Below are positions 1 to 8,429 of a stretch of DNA of 64,000 bases, piece after piece (within the stretch, counting starts at the first letter, position 1; every line of letters starts with the position of its first letter). The DNA comes from an uncultured bacterium (GTDB lineage: Bacteria; Actinomycetota; Acidimicrobiia; Spongiisociales; UBA4744): the NCBI GenBank assembly GCA_963827865.1, contig CAWHCO010000001.1:219750-283749 (forward strand), written 5' to 3'. A program made the position numbers and the translations under genes. Below the pieces are notes generated by a model. That model saw only the letters and a list, made by a program, of their open reading frames with translations. It ran no database searches and had not been told where the DNA came from.

Positions 1-137
1 TGCTTGACGCCGGAGTGGGCCGTTCCCCCAACGTAGAGCACCACCCCCCTACCCCAGCGGCTTCGCCGCTGCGGTACCTTCCCCCCAACGTCGCCCTCCG
101 GGCTCCTGGGGGGACCAACCGGCGACCGAAGGGAGCC

Positions 138-3100
138 CTATGTCACCGCCTTCGCTCCCAGGAGCTCTCTGAGCTCCGCGTACAGTGCGCTTCGCGGTTC
201 CACCCGGTACTCATCTGAGAGCTTCCACACCTTCGGCTCGCCGTCAGACATCATCTCGAGAAACACCGGCGCCGAGCCCGGATGGTTCGCGAGCACCCGC
301 TGGAGACGAGTGACCAGATCCGGTGAGATCTGGAGGGCCGGCACTCGGAGGCGCACGACCTGGTCGGAACGGAGTTCGGGTTCTGAGATGTCACGGGCGA
401 TCACCTTGATGTCGTCACCGCGATGATCCAGGTGGCCCGTGACGACGACAACGGCGTCCTCTCGGATCATCGGGCCCGCCAGCGACACGACCTTGGGGAA
501 CGCAATCACCTCCACCGACCCCTCCAGATCTTCGAGATCGAAGAACACCATCGGTTCACCTTTGCGTGTGAACCGGCGGTTGATCGACCCCACGAGACCC
601 CCGACGGTCACGGTCGACGCGTCCTGCATGTCCCATAGGTCGGGGATCGTGGAGGTGACCACGCGATTGAGAAGGTGCTCGACCCCCAACAGCGGATGGT
701 CGGAAATGAACAAGCCGAGCATCTCTTTCTCGAATCCGAGTCGTACCTTCTTGTCCCACTCGAGGTCGGGAATGGAGGGCTGGACGGCTTCGATCGGGGA
801 CGATCCGGCTCCGAACAACGAGTACTGCCCCATCTCCTCGTTACGACGTCGAGTCACCGTGGCGTCCAGTATCTGTTCGTAGGACAGGATCAGCCCCCGT
901 CGCGTCACACCGAGGCTGTCGAACGCACCCGCCTTGATCAATGACTCGATGGTGCGTCGATTGAGTACCGACACGTCCACACGGTCGACGAAATCGATGA
1001 AGTCCTTGAACTCGCCGCCTTCCCGTCGGGCACCGATGATCCGTTCTACGACTCCTTCGCCGACGTTGCGCACGGCCGACATACCGAAAACGATCCGACC
1101 GTCCTTCACTGCGAAGTCGAGTTCGGAGCGGTTGATGTCGGGAACGACGACCTGAACACCCTGACTTCTGCACTCGCTGAGGTACAGCGCGGTTCTGTCC
1201 TTGTCTCGCTTCGTGGAAGTGAGGAGCGCCGCGAGATACTCGGCCGGATAGTGGGCCTTCAACCAGGCGGTCTGGTATGCGACGAATCCGTAGGCAGCAC
1301 TGTGCGACTTGTTGAATCCGTACCCGGCAAACGGCTCGATCGCGTCCCACAGCTCCTTGCCGAGCCGCTCTGGGTGTCCCTGCCCCACGCAGCCTGCAAC
1401 GAACTTGCTGCGCTCCTTGGCCATGATCGACTTGACCTTCTTGCCCATCGCCTTGCGAAAGCTGTCCGCCTCGGCCATGGAGTAGCCGGCAACCGCTTGA
1501 GCCACCTGCATGACCTGTTCCTGGTAGACGATGATCCCGTACGTGGACGTGAGGAACGGCCGGGTTGCCTCGTGTGGGTACTCGACAGGCTTGCGGCCGT
1601 TCTTGCGGTCCGCGTACTCGTAGTGCATGTTGGCTCCCATCGGGCCTGGCCTGAATAGGGCGTTGACGGCGATGATGTCGTCGAAGTTCTCGGGCTGCAG
1701 CGCACGGATGAGTGCCCGCATCGCCGACCCTTCGAGCTGGAACACTCCGATCGTGTCGGCACTTCGAATCATCTCGAAGGTCAGCTCATCGTCGAGGGGG
1801 ACCGAATCGACGTCGATCCGTTCACCCGTCGACCGCTCGATCAGCTCGAGTGTCCGATCGATGGTCGACAAGTTCCGCAACCCGAGGAAGTCCATCTTGA
1901 GCAGCCCGAGGTCCTGGACGCCGTGCATCTCGTACTGGGTGACGATCTCCGCCCCTTCACCCTTCTGCTGGAGAGGCACGAGGTTCCACAAAGGCTCGGG
2001 GGAGATCACGACGGCAGCCGCGTGGATGCTGTCTTGGCGGCGGAGTCCTTCGAGGCCCCGCGTGGTCTCGATGACCCTACGGGCGTCATCTTCGGTGGTG
2101 TAGACGGCACGGAGCTGGGCAGCATTCGAGTAGAAGTCCCGCAATGCGGGATCCGCGCCCTTGCCGGGATCCTCGAGACACTGGGTGAGGGACGCCTCCA
2201 CCCCGAGGATCGCCGGAGGCATCATCTTGGCGATCCGATCACCGAATCCGTACGAGAACCCGAGCACCCTCGCGGAGTCCCTCAACGCCTGACGGCCCTT
2301 GATGGTGGAGAAGGTGATGACTTGGGCGACATGGTCGGACCCGTACCGCTCGGCCGCATATCGGATAACGTCGGACCTGTAGCGCTCGTCGAAGTCCATG
2401 TCGATGTCGGGCATCTCCCGGCGTCCCGGATTCAGGAACCGTTCGAAGATCAGGCCATACCGGATCGGGTCGAGGTCGGTGATCCGTAGGCAGTACGAGA
2501 TGATGGAGCCCGCTGCGCTCCCCCGTCCCGGACCCACCCTGATCCCGCTCTCTCGGGCATAGCGAATGAGGTCCCACACGATCAGGAAATAGGCGGGAAA
2601 GCCCATCTCCTCGACGATGCGCAGCTCATGCTTGATGCGGTCCGTGACCTCGGCAGGGATGGGATCCCCGTAGAGAGCGCGTGCACCCTCATGCACGAGG
2701 TCGGTGAGATACGACATCTCGGTGATGCCGGGTGGCACCGGGAACTGCGGCAGCAGGATCTCCCCGAACGTCAACTCGACGTTCGCCCGCTCGGCGACAA
2801 GCAGCGTGTTGTTGGTGGCACCCGGATACAGATCGTCTGGGAACAGCGACCGCATCTCCTGGGACGTCTTCAGGTAGAACTCCTGGCCCTCGAACTTGAG
2901 GCGGTTCGGCTCGTTGATCGTCGCTCCTGTCTGAATGCACAGAAGCACGTCGTGAGCGTCGGCTTCGTCCCGTCTCGTGTAGTGGGAGTCGTTGGTGGCG
3001 AGCAGCGGCGCACCGATCCGGCGTGCGACCTCTACGAGGTCGGGGAGGACACGTCGCTGCGCCTCGATCCCATGATCCTGTAGCTCGATGAAGAAGTTGT

Positions 3101-3644
3101 CCTTGCCGAAGATCTCCTGATATCTGGCGGCGGCGGTCAGCGCGGCATCGAAATTGCGCACCTGCCCCTGGTTGCCTTCTTCCTGCGACGCGTCCGGGGC
3201 GAGCATCTGCGCGACTTCGCCACCAAGACACCCTGATCCGGCGATGATGCCGTCGCTGTACTCGGCGAGCAGGTCGAAGTCCATCCTCGGCTTGTAGTAG
3301 TAGCCCTCGAGGTACGACAGGCTCACCAGTTTCATCAGGTTGTGGTATCCGGTCTGGTTCTCTGCGAGCAGCGTGAGGTGATAGCGGATGTTCTTGCTTC
3401 TCGGCGGCCGATCGAACCGTGATCCGGGGGTGACATACGCCTCGACACCGATGATCGGTTTGATGCCTTCTCTGCGAGCCGCCTGGTAGAAGTCCACCAC
3501 TCCGTAGAGAACACCGTGGTCGGTGATCGCGACTGCCGGCTGACCGTCCTCACGTGCGGCACGAACGACGTCGTGCACCCGCGCGGCGCCGTCGAGCATC
3601 GAGAACTCGGTGTGTAGGTGCAGGTGTGCGAAACCGTCCATCAT
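138..3644 (-). CDS. dnaE: DNA polymerase III alpha subunit
   Basis: 1168-aa ORF. N-terminal PHP motif HLHLHTEFSMLDGA; full-length polymerase core and C-terminal OB-like tail. Confidence 0.95.
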   Translation of the reverse strand: MMDGFAHLHLHTEFSMLDGAARVHDVVRAAREDGQPAVAITDHGVLYGVVDFYQAARREGIKPIIGVEAYVTPGSRFDRPPRSKNIRYHLTLLAENQTGYHNLMKLVSLSYLEGYYYKPRMDFDLLAEYSDGIIAGSGCLGGEVAQMLAPDASQEEGNQGQVRNFDAALTAAARYQEIFGKDNFFIELQDHGIEAQRRVLPDLVEVARRIGAPLLATNDSHYTRRDEADAHDVLLCIQTGATINEPNRLKFEGQEFYLKTSQEMRSLFPDDLYPGATNNTLLVAERANVELTFGEILLPQFPVPPGITEMSYLTDLVHEGARALYGDPIPAEVTDRIKHELRIVEEMGFPAYFLIVWDLIRYARESGIRVGPGRGSAAGSIISYCLRITDLDPIRYGLIFERFLNPGRREMPDIDMDFDERYRSDVIRYAAERYGSDHVAQVITFSTIKGRQALRDSARVLGFSYGFGDRIAKMMPPAILGVEASLTQCLEDPGKGADPALRDFYSNAAQLRAVYTTEDDARRVIETTRGLEGLRRQDSIHAAAVVISPEPLWNLVPLQQKGEGAEIVTQYEMHGVQDLGLLKMDFLGLRNLSTIDRTLELIERSTGERIDVDSVPLDDELTFEMIRSADTIGVFQLEGSAMRALIRALQPENFDDIIAVNALFRPGPMGANMHYEYADRKNGRKPVEYPHEATRPFLTSTYGIIVYQEQVMQVAQAVAGYSMAEADSFRKAMGKKVKSIMAKERSKFVAGCVGQGHPERLGKELWDAIEPFAGYGFNKSHSAAYGFVAYQTAWLKAHYPAEYLAALLTSTKRDKDRTALYLSECRSQGVQVVVPDINRSELDFAVKDGRIVFGMSAVRNVGEGVVERIIGARREGGEFKDFIDFVDRVDVSVLNRRTIESLIKAGAFDSLGVTRRGLILSYEQILDATVTRRRNEEMGQYSLFGAGSSPIEAVQPSIPDLEWDKKVRLGFEKEMLGLFISDHPLLGVEHLLNRVVTSTIPDLWDMQDASTVTVGGLVGSINRRFTRKGEPMVFFDLEDLEGSVEVIAFPKVVSLAGPMIREDAVVVVTGHLDHRGDDIKVIARDISEPELRSDQVVRLRVPALQISPDLVTRLQRVLANHPGSAPVFLEMMSDGEPKVWKLSDEYRVEPRSALYAELRELLGAKAVT

Positions 3645-3872
3645 GAACTACATCAGTGGGATTCGAACCATACCAGCCAGGACCCTCACCGGCCTGATCG
3701 GTGGGTAACATGGTGAACTCACTGTGCAAGGACTGAGTGTGAACGCGAACTTCTCCACTCTTGCGTTTGACCAACGCGGGTGTTTCGAGAAGGGGATGAG
3801 CCACGATGACGCCGTGGCAGACATCGCCGCGAAATCCCGCCACTTCATCAACGCCTACGAGAAGGGATGACA

Positions 3873-5021
3873 ATGCGAATCGGCATTCTCACCGGTGGAG
3901 GAGACGTCCCCGGTCTGAACCCGTGCATCAAAGCGGTCGTGGACAGAGCCAGCGACGAGGGCCACGAGGTCATCGGCATTCGGAGAGGGTGGGCAGGGCT
4001 GCTCGAAGCCGATCTGAACGAGCCGGAGGGACTTTCCCACCACCTGATCCCTCTCGACAGAGCGAGAGTACGCACGGTCGACCGAACCGGTGGCACGTTC
4101 CTTCACACATCGCGCACGAACCCCGGGAAGGTCCCGACGAGCGACGTCCCGGCATTCCTCTCCGATCTTGCGGAAGGCGATGGACCCCACGACTTCACAC
4201 CGCACGTGCTCGACATCATCGAGGCGCAGGGGATCGACGTCCTCATCCCGATCGGTGGGGACGACACGCTGTCGTACGGCCTGCGGCTGCACGACGAGGG
4301 TGTACCGGTCATCGCGATCCCGAAGACGATGGACAACGACGTGCACGGCACCGACTACTGCATCGGCTTCTCGACAGCCGTGACGAGAGGTGTCCAGTTC
4401 ATCCACAACCTCCGTACGTCGGCAGGATCACACGAGCGGTTGGCCGTCGTGGAGCTGTTCGGTCGATATAGCGGAGAAACGTCCCTGATCACGGCCTACT
4501 TGGCGGGTGTCGACAGGGCAGTCATCTCCGAGGTGCCGTTCGATGTCGACAAACTCGCGCGGCTGCTCTTGGACGATCGTCGACGCAATCCCAGCAACTA
4601 CGCGATGATGACCATCTCCGAGGGAGCAACCATCATGGGCGGAGACATGGTGCTTTCTGGTAACGCCGACATGTACGGTCACCGCAAGCTCGGAGGCATC
4701 GGCGCTCTGACCGGCGAACTCCTCAAAGAGAGAACGGGCCTCGGAATCGTCTACCAGCAGGTCGGCTACCTCATGCGGTCGGGAAACCCGGACTCGCTGG
4801 ACCTGATGGTCGCCACCAACTACGCGGTCATGGCGGCAGATCTCGCACTCGAAGGCGCGTCGGGTCGCATGGTGGCGTTGCGGGGCGGCACCTACACGAG
4901 CGTACCGATCAGCGTCACTCGTGAGGGCGTCAAGCGGGTGGACGTCGAGGAGTTGTACAGCGCCGATGCCTACCGACCGAAGGTTCGTCACGTGTCCGGC
5001 AAGCCGATGTTCCTGTACTGA
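3873..5021 (+). CDS. 6-phosphofructokinase paralog with PPi-type signature (GGDD)
   Basis: Starts [16 protein letters not shown]; also contains [12 protein letters not shown] and IPKTMDNDV. The ORF track starts at ATG 3867, but ATG 3873 has better spacing from GAAGGG (3861-3866) and gives the canonical PFK N-terminus. Confidence 0.85.
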   Translation: MRIGILTGGGDVPGLNPCIKAVVDRASDEGHEVIGIRRGWAGLLEADLNEPEGLSHHLIPLDRARVRTVDRTGGTFLHTSRTNPGKVPTSDVPAFLSDLAEGDGPHDFTPHVLDIIEAQGIDVLIPIGGDDTLSYGLRLHDEGVPVIAIPKTMDNDVHGTDYCIGFSTAVTRGVQFIHNLRTSAGSHERLAVVELFGRYSGETSLITAYLAGVDRAVISEVPFDVDKLARLLLDDRRRNPSNYAMMTISEGATIMGGDMVLSGNADMYGHRKLGGIGALTGELLKERTGLGIVYQQVGYLMRSGNPDSLDLMVATNYAVMAADLALEGASGRMVALRGGTYTSVPISVTREGVKRVDVEELYSADAYRPKVRHVSGKPMFLY

Positions 5022-6046
5022 TGGACGTTCTAGGCATTCTCACGGCAGGGGGCGACTGTCCTGGTCTCAACGCCGTCATCAGGGGCGTTGTCGCGAGAGC
5101 CACACTCACGCATGGCGCCGAGGTTGTGGGCATCCTCAATGGGTGGGAGGGCTTGATGCAGGGCAAAGTCATCCCCCTCGATCGCGACGCCGTGCGTGGC
5201 ATCCTCCAGCGTGGAGGCACCATCCTCGGATCCTCCCGAATGGATCCGTATGTTCATGGCGACGGCTACGCCAGCATCGCGCAAACGGTCCGAGACAACG
5301 GACTCGACGGTGTGATCGTTGTAGGTGGTGACGGCACCCTTGCGTCGGCACTTCGGCTCTCGGAAGAGGGCCTGAAGGTGATCGGCATCCCAAAGACGAT
5401 CGACAACGACATCAATGCAACCGACACCACGTTCGGTTTCAATACCGCTGTGGAGATCGCAACAGAGGCGATCGACAGGATCACGACAACCGCCGAGGCG
5501 CACCACCGCATCATGCTCGTCGAAGTCATGGGACGGACCCGGGGATGGATTGCCGCCTACTCGGGCATTGCATCGGGCGCAGACGAAATCTTGATCCCCG
5601 AGATCACTTACGATCTCGAGAAGTGCGCCGACATCATCAGGGCCAGACACAGAAGGGGCCATCGCTACTCGGTCGTCGTGGTCGCAGAGGGCGTCGAACC
5701 ACCGTCCGGTGACGCGGCCCAAGGCAAAATCGATGCGTTCGGATTCGAACGGTTCGGAGGGGTTGCCTACCAGATCGCGCCCGTTCTCGAAGAGATGACG
5801 GGGTTTGAGACTCGCGTAACAGTGCTTGGACACATTCAACGGGGTGGTACGCCGACCGCCTACGACCGGGTGTTGGGGACCCGTTTCGGTGTCGGAGCAG
5901 CCGACCTCGCCGCCGAAGGCAAGTGGGGAACCATGGTGGCCATCCGTGGGCGGGACATCGTGTCGGTCACCCTCGAAGAAGCCTGCGCAAGCACCCGAGG
6001 TGTCGACGAGGAGCTGTTCGAGACGGCTCAGGTGTTCTTCGGCTGA
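5021..6046 (+). CDS. pfkA: 6-phosphofructokinase paralog with ATP-type signature (GGDG)
   Basis: Contains [35 protein letters not shown] and IPKTIDNDI. Its ATG shares one base with the upstream TGA (TGATG). Confidence 0.9.
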   Translation: MDVLGILTAGGDCPGLNAVIRGVVARATLTHGAEVVGILNGWEGLMQGKVIPLDRDAVRGILQRGGTILGSSRMDPYVHGDGYASIAQTVRDNGLDGVIVVGGDGTLASALRLSEEGLKVIGIPKTIDNDINATDTTFGFNTAVEIATEAIDRITTTAEAHHRIMLVEVMGRTRGWIAAYSGIASGADEILIPEITYDLEKCADIIRARHRRGHRYSVVVVAEGVEPPSGDAAQGKIDAFGFERFGGVAYQIAPVLEEMTGFETRVTVLGHIQRGGTPTAYDRVLGTRFGVGAADLAAEGKWGTMVAIRGRDIVSVTLEEACASTRGVDEELFETAQVFFG

Positions 6047-6174
6047 GGCTCGCTGCTCGAGCCGTTCTGGGTTCTGGGTCTCGGGTTCTGAGCAGATCGC
6101 CCCGCGGGGCTTCGGAGGTCTCGTTCTCACCGACAACCGAGAGTCCAGGACCGGGGGACAAAGCCCGTCTGCTC

Positions 6175-7089
6175 TCATCTGTCAACTGGTACCGTCCCGA
6201 TGTCCGGCTCCCCCAGCTCGTCGAGTTCCTCCCGCAGGTCGTCGGGAAGAGGCGACGCCACAGTGATCTCCTCGCCGCGCACAGGGTGCATGAACGACAA
6301 CGTCACGGCATGCAGCCACATGCGCCCGGACGGTCGTCCTCCATACACGGTGTCGCCGACGACCGGATGGTCGATCGACGCCATGTGCACCCTGATCTGG
6401 TGCGTCCGGCCAGTTTCGAGCCGTACCTCGAGGAGACTCAGGTCAGGTTCCTCCCACGAGGCAAGCCGCCGGTACTGCGTCCGAGCGGGTCTGCCATCTC
6501 GTCGCAAGGCTCGCCGCCTCGGATTGCGGGGGTCGCGCCCAATTGGCGCATCGACCGTTCCGGCAGGCAGCGGAAACAACCCCTCAACGAGGGCGAGGTA
6601 GGTCCTCTTGATGGACCGTTCTGCCATCGCACCCGTCAGCGACTGGTAGGCATCCTCTGTTAGTGCGACGAGGAGCAACCCTGACGTGTCCCGGTCGAGC
6701 CGATGCACGATCCCCCACCGGTCCTCGACCCCGACGCCCTCGACCTGCGGCCATCGATAGAGCAGACCGGCCGCGAGGGTCCCCTTGCTGACGCCCGCGC
6801 CGGGATGCACGACGACACCCGCCGGTTTGTCGATGACCGCGACGACCCCGTCTTCGAAACGGACACCGAAAGGGACCTCCTCGGGTTCGAGTGTCTGTTC
6901 GACGGGAACTCGGATCCGAACCTGCTCACCGCCCTCTACCCGATCCTTCGGTGCCACGGCGGTTCCGTCGACGAGCACGTCTCCCTCTTCGACCAGTGTC
7001 CGAGCCACCCGTCTACTCAGTCCGGTGAGGAGCGAAACGACCTTGTCGATGCGTTCGCCTGCCAACTCCGTGCCGATGGTCGTGTTCAC
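6175..7089 (-). CDS. rluD: RluA/RluD-family rRNA pseudouridine synthase
   Basis: 304 aa. N-terminal S4-like region and catalytic motif HRLDRDTSGLLLVA. GTG start overlaps the lspA stop (GTGA). Confidence 0.85.
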   Translation of the reverse strand: MNTTIGTELAGERIDKVVSLLTGLSRRVARTLVEEGDVLVDGTAVAPKDRVEGGEQVRIRVPVEQTLEPEEVPFGVRFEDGVVAVIDKPAGVVVHPGAGVSKGTLAAGLLYRWPQVEGVGVEDRWGIVHRLDRDTSGLLLVALTEDAYQSLTGAMAERSIKRTYLALVEGLFPLPAGTVDAPIGRDPRNPRRRALRRDGRPARTQYRRLASWEEPDLSLLEVRLETGRTHQIRVHMASIDHPVVGDTVYGGRPSGRMWLHAVTLSFMHPVRGEEITVASPLPDDLREELDELGEPDIGTVPVDR

Positions 7090-7556
7090 GATCGTCGAAC
7101 ACCAACGACCAGCAGCAGAATCACGCCGATCGTGATCGATGCGTCAGCGAGATTGAACGTCGCGAAGAACGAAGGCTCGATCCAGTCGACCACCCTGCCG
7201 TTCAGGAAGCCGCTTCCCCGCACGAATCTGTCGACGAGATTCCCGACTGCCCCACCGAGCACCAATCCCAAGGTGATCGACTGCCACCACGACTCGGACG
7301 ATCGGAGCGCGAACAGGATGACGATGACCGAAACGATGATGGCTATGACGAGGACGGTGCCGGCATTCTGGAACATGCTGAACGCCACTCCCGCGTTCTC
7401 CGACACTCGGAGCCGCAACACGCCCGGAATGACATCGATGCCGTTTCCAGCGGGTGTCGAGCGAAGCGCCCATGCCTTGGTGATCTGATCGACTGCGACC
7501 ACGACGACCGCAACGAGCAGCGCGACCGCCTTGTGCTTCAGCGTCTCGCTGCGCAC
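7086..7556 (-). CDS. lspA: lipoprotein signal peptidase II
   Basis: Multi-TM protein with VDQITKAW, NAGVAFSM and FNLADASI motifs. The ORF-track start (7628) runs deep into the upstream TraR gene. GTG at 7556 (or 7565) gives the usual short basic N-terminus before TM1. Confidence 0.8.
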   Translation of the reverse strand: MRSETLKHKAVALLVAVVVVAVDQITKAWALRSTPAGNGIDVIPGVLRLRVSENAGVAFSMFQNAGTVLVIAIIVSVIVILFALRSSESWWQSITLGLVLGGAVGNLVDRFVRGSGFLNGRVVDWIEPSFFATFNLADASITIGVILLLVVGVRRS

Positions 7557-7909
7557 GCGACGCACAACGTCGTGTAGGGAATCGCGTCGAGACGGGCAGC
7601 CGGGATCGGCTTTCCACAGTTGATACACATCCCGTAGGTCCCAGCATCAAGCCGCTCCAGCGCGTCCTCGACCTGCCCGAGGAGTTCCTGACTATTGCGG
7701 ACCACCGAGAGCTCGGATTCGAACACAGTGGCGGCGGACCCTGTCTCGGTACTGGACGGGTCGGCGCTTCGCTCTCCCGATGCCTGCGCCAGCCGCGCTT
7801 CTTCGAGATCCTGGAGATGGTCGTCGATCGTCTGCTGGAGCCCCTGCAAATCCGCTTCCAGTCTTCGTCGCAGCTTCTTTATCGTTGCAGCCGAGAGTGT
7901 GCGGGTCAT
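7538..7909 (-). CDS. TraR/DksA-family C4 zinc-finger protein
   Basis: C-terminal CINCGKPIPAARLDAIPYTTLCVACA (CxxC-x17-CxxC) after a coiled-coil region. ATG at 7909; the track start at 7921 is TTG. Confidence 0.8.
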   Translation of the reverse strand: MTRTLSAATIKKLRRRLEADLQGLQQTIDDHLQDLEEARLAQASGERSADPSSTETGSAATVFESELSVVRNSQELLGQVEDALERLDAGTYGMCINCGKPIPAARLDAIPYTTLCVACAARR

Positions 7910-7952
7910 GATCCACGGCAAGATAGCAGAAGACCGGACACACCCGACACCC

Positions 7953-8243
7953 TCACTGGGAGGACGAGAGACCCAGAGCTGCCCGGGCTTGCTGCTCGGT
8001 CAAGCCCTCGAGCAGGATCCGCTTCCGTCGGGATGCAGCCCCCGACACCAGCCGCGCTGGTGCACCAGCCGCAGCGGCAAGGATCTCGACCACCGCCTTG
8101 TTCGCTCTCCCTCCCTCCGGGGGTGCTGTGACCCGTATCCGGATTGCCCCGTCGTGGACACCGGTGATCTCGGTGCGGGAGGCACCCGGAACGACCCACA
8201 CGAGTACCTCGGTGCCTTCCGGGTGTGCTTTCAGGGGGCCCAT
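7953..8243 (-). CDS. DUF167 (YggU-like) protein
   Basis: Contains VWVVPGASRTEITGVHDGAIRIRVTAPPEGGRANKAVVEILA. Internal ATG at 8243 chosen because the 35-aa extension looks non-coding. Confidence 0.7.
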   Translation of the reverse strand: MGPLKAHPEGTEVLVWVVPGASRTEITGVHDGAIRIRVTAPPEGGRANKAVVEILAAAAGAPARLVSGAASRRKRILLEGLTEQQARAALGLSSSQ

Positions 8244-8429
8244 TCGGTCAAGGTAGCAGCGGGCCGGCAGCTCACAGCTGACAACCGACAGCTGAAGGGC
8301 GAAAGCGGCTCGAGACCGCAGAACAACCCTCTTACCGAGTACCGACAACCGAAGACCGAAGACGGCTCACGGAGTGAGCCTCCACTGAGTCGGGTTCCGG
8401 TCGCCTTCCGTCTACGATGCGGAGTCCAG

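Noticed and set aside
1-137. Actinobacterial 6C-type sRNA (two hairpins with C-rich loops) at the left edge.
   Set aside because: The C-runs are not enclosed by convincing stems (at best 4 bp, CGTT/AACG), and the region is truncated by the window edge.
3655-3680. tRNA-like T-loop sequence (minus strand GGTTCGAATCC) just upstream of the dnaE start; a possible tRNA gene or att-site remnant.
   Set aside because: Flanking bases give only a 2-bp T-stem. I could not build acceptor, D or anticodon arms over 3645-3745. No second copy of the segment and no integrase is present in the window.
6064-6091. Tandem heptamers GTTCTGG GTTCTGG GTCTCGG GTTCTGA, plus the GCCCCGCGGGGC palindrome (6103-6114), between convergent pfkA and rluD.
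   Set aside because: Only four short degenerate units lie in a 128-nt convergent gap. This is most simply terminator-region low-complexity sequence, and it is not the same unit as the 28295-28322 heptamer. Too small to call a repeat family.
5030-6178. Long shadow ORFs antisense to or out of frame with real genes. Examples: 5030-6178, 10311-11657, 13501-14793, 19611-20981, 20935-22077, 22201-23268, 26935-28158, 30626-31513, 43088-44137, 44671-45945, 56700-57566.
   Set aside because: Their translations are Arg/Gly/Asp/Val/Ser/Pro-rich with no motifs, and each lies entirely within a well-supported gene on another frame. Stop-poor alternate frames like these are expected in GC-rich DNA.
8244-8429. 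T-box riboswitch upstream of ileS, as described for actinobacterial ileS.
   Set aside because: I could not find the conserved T-box core (GGGTGGTACCGCG-like) or a convincing specifier loop by eye. The closest string, GGGTTCCGGTCGCC, diverges at most positions. Left as a leader of unknown structure pending a covariance-model scan.
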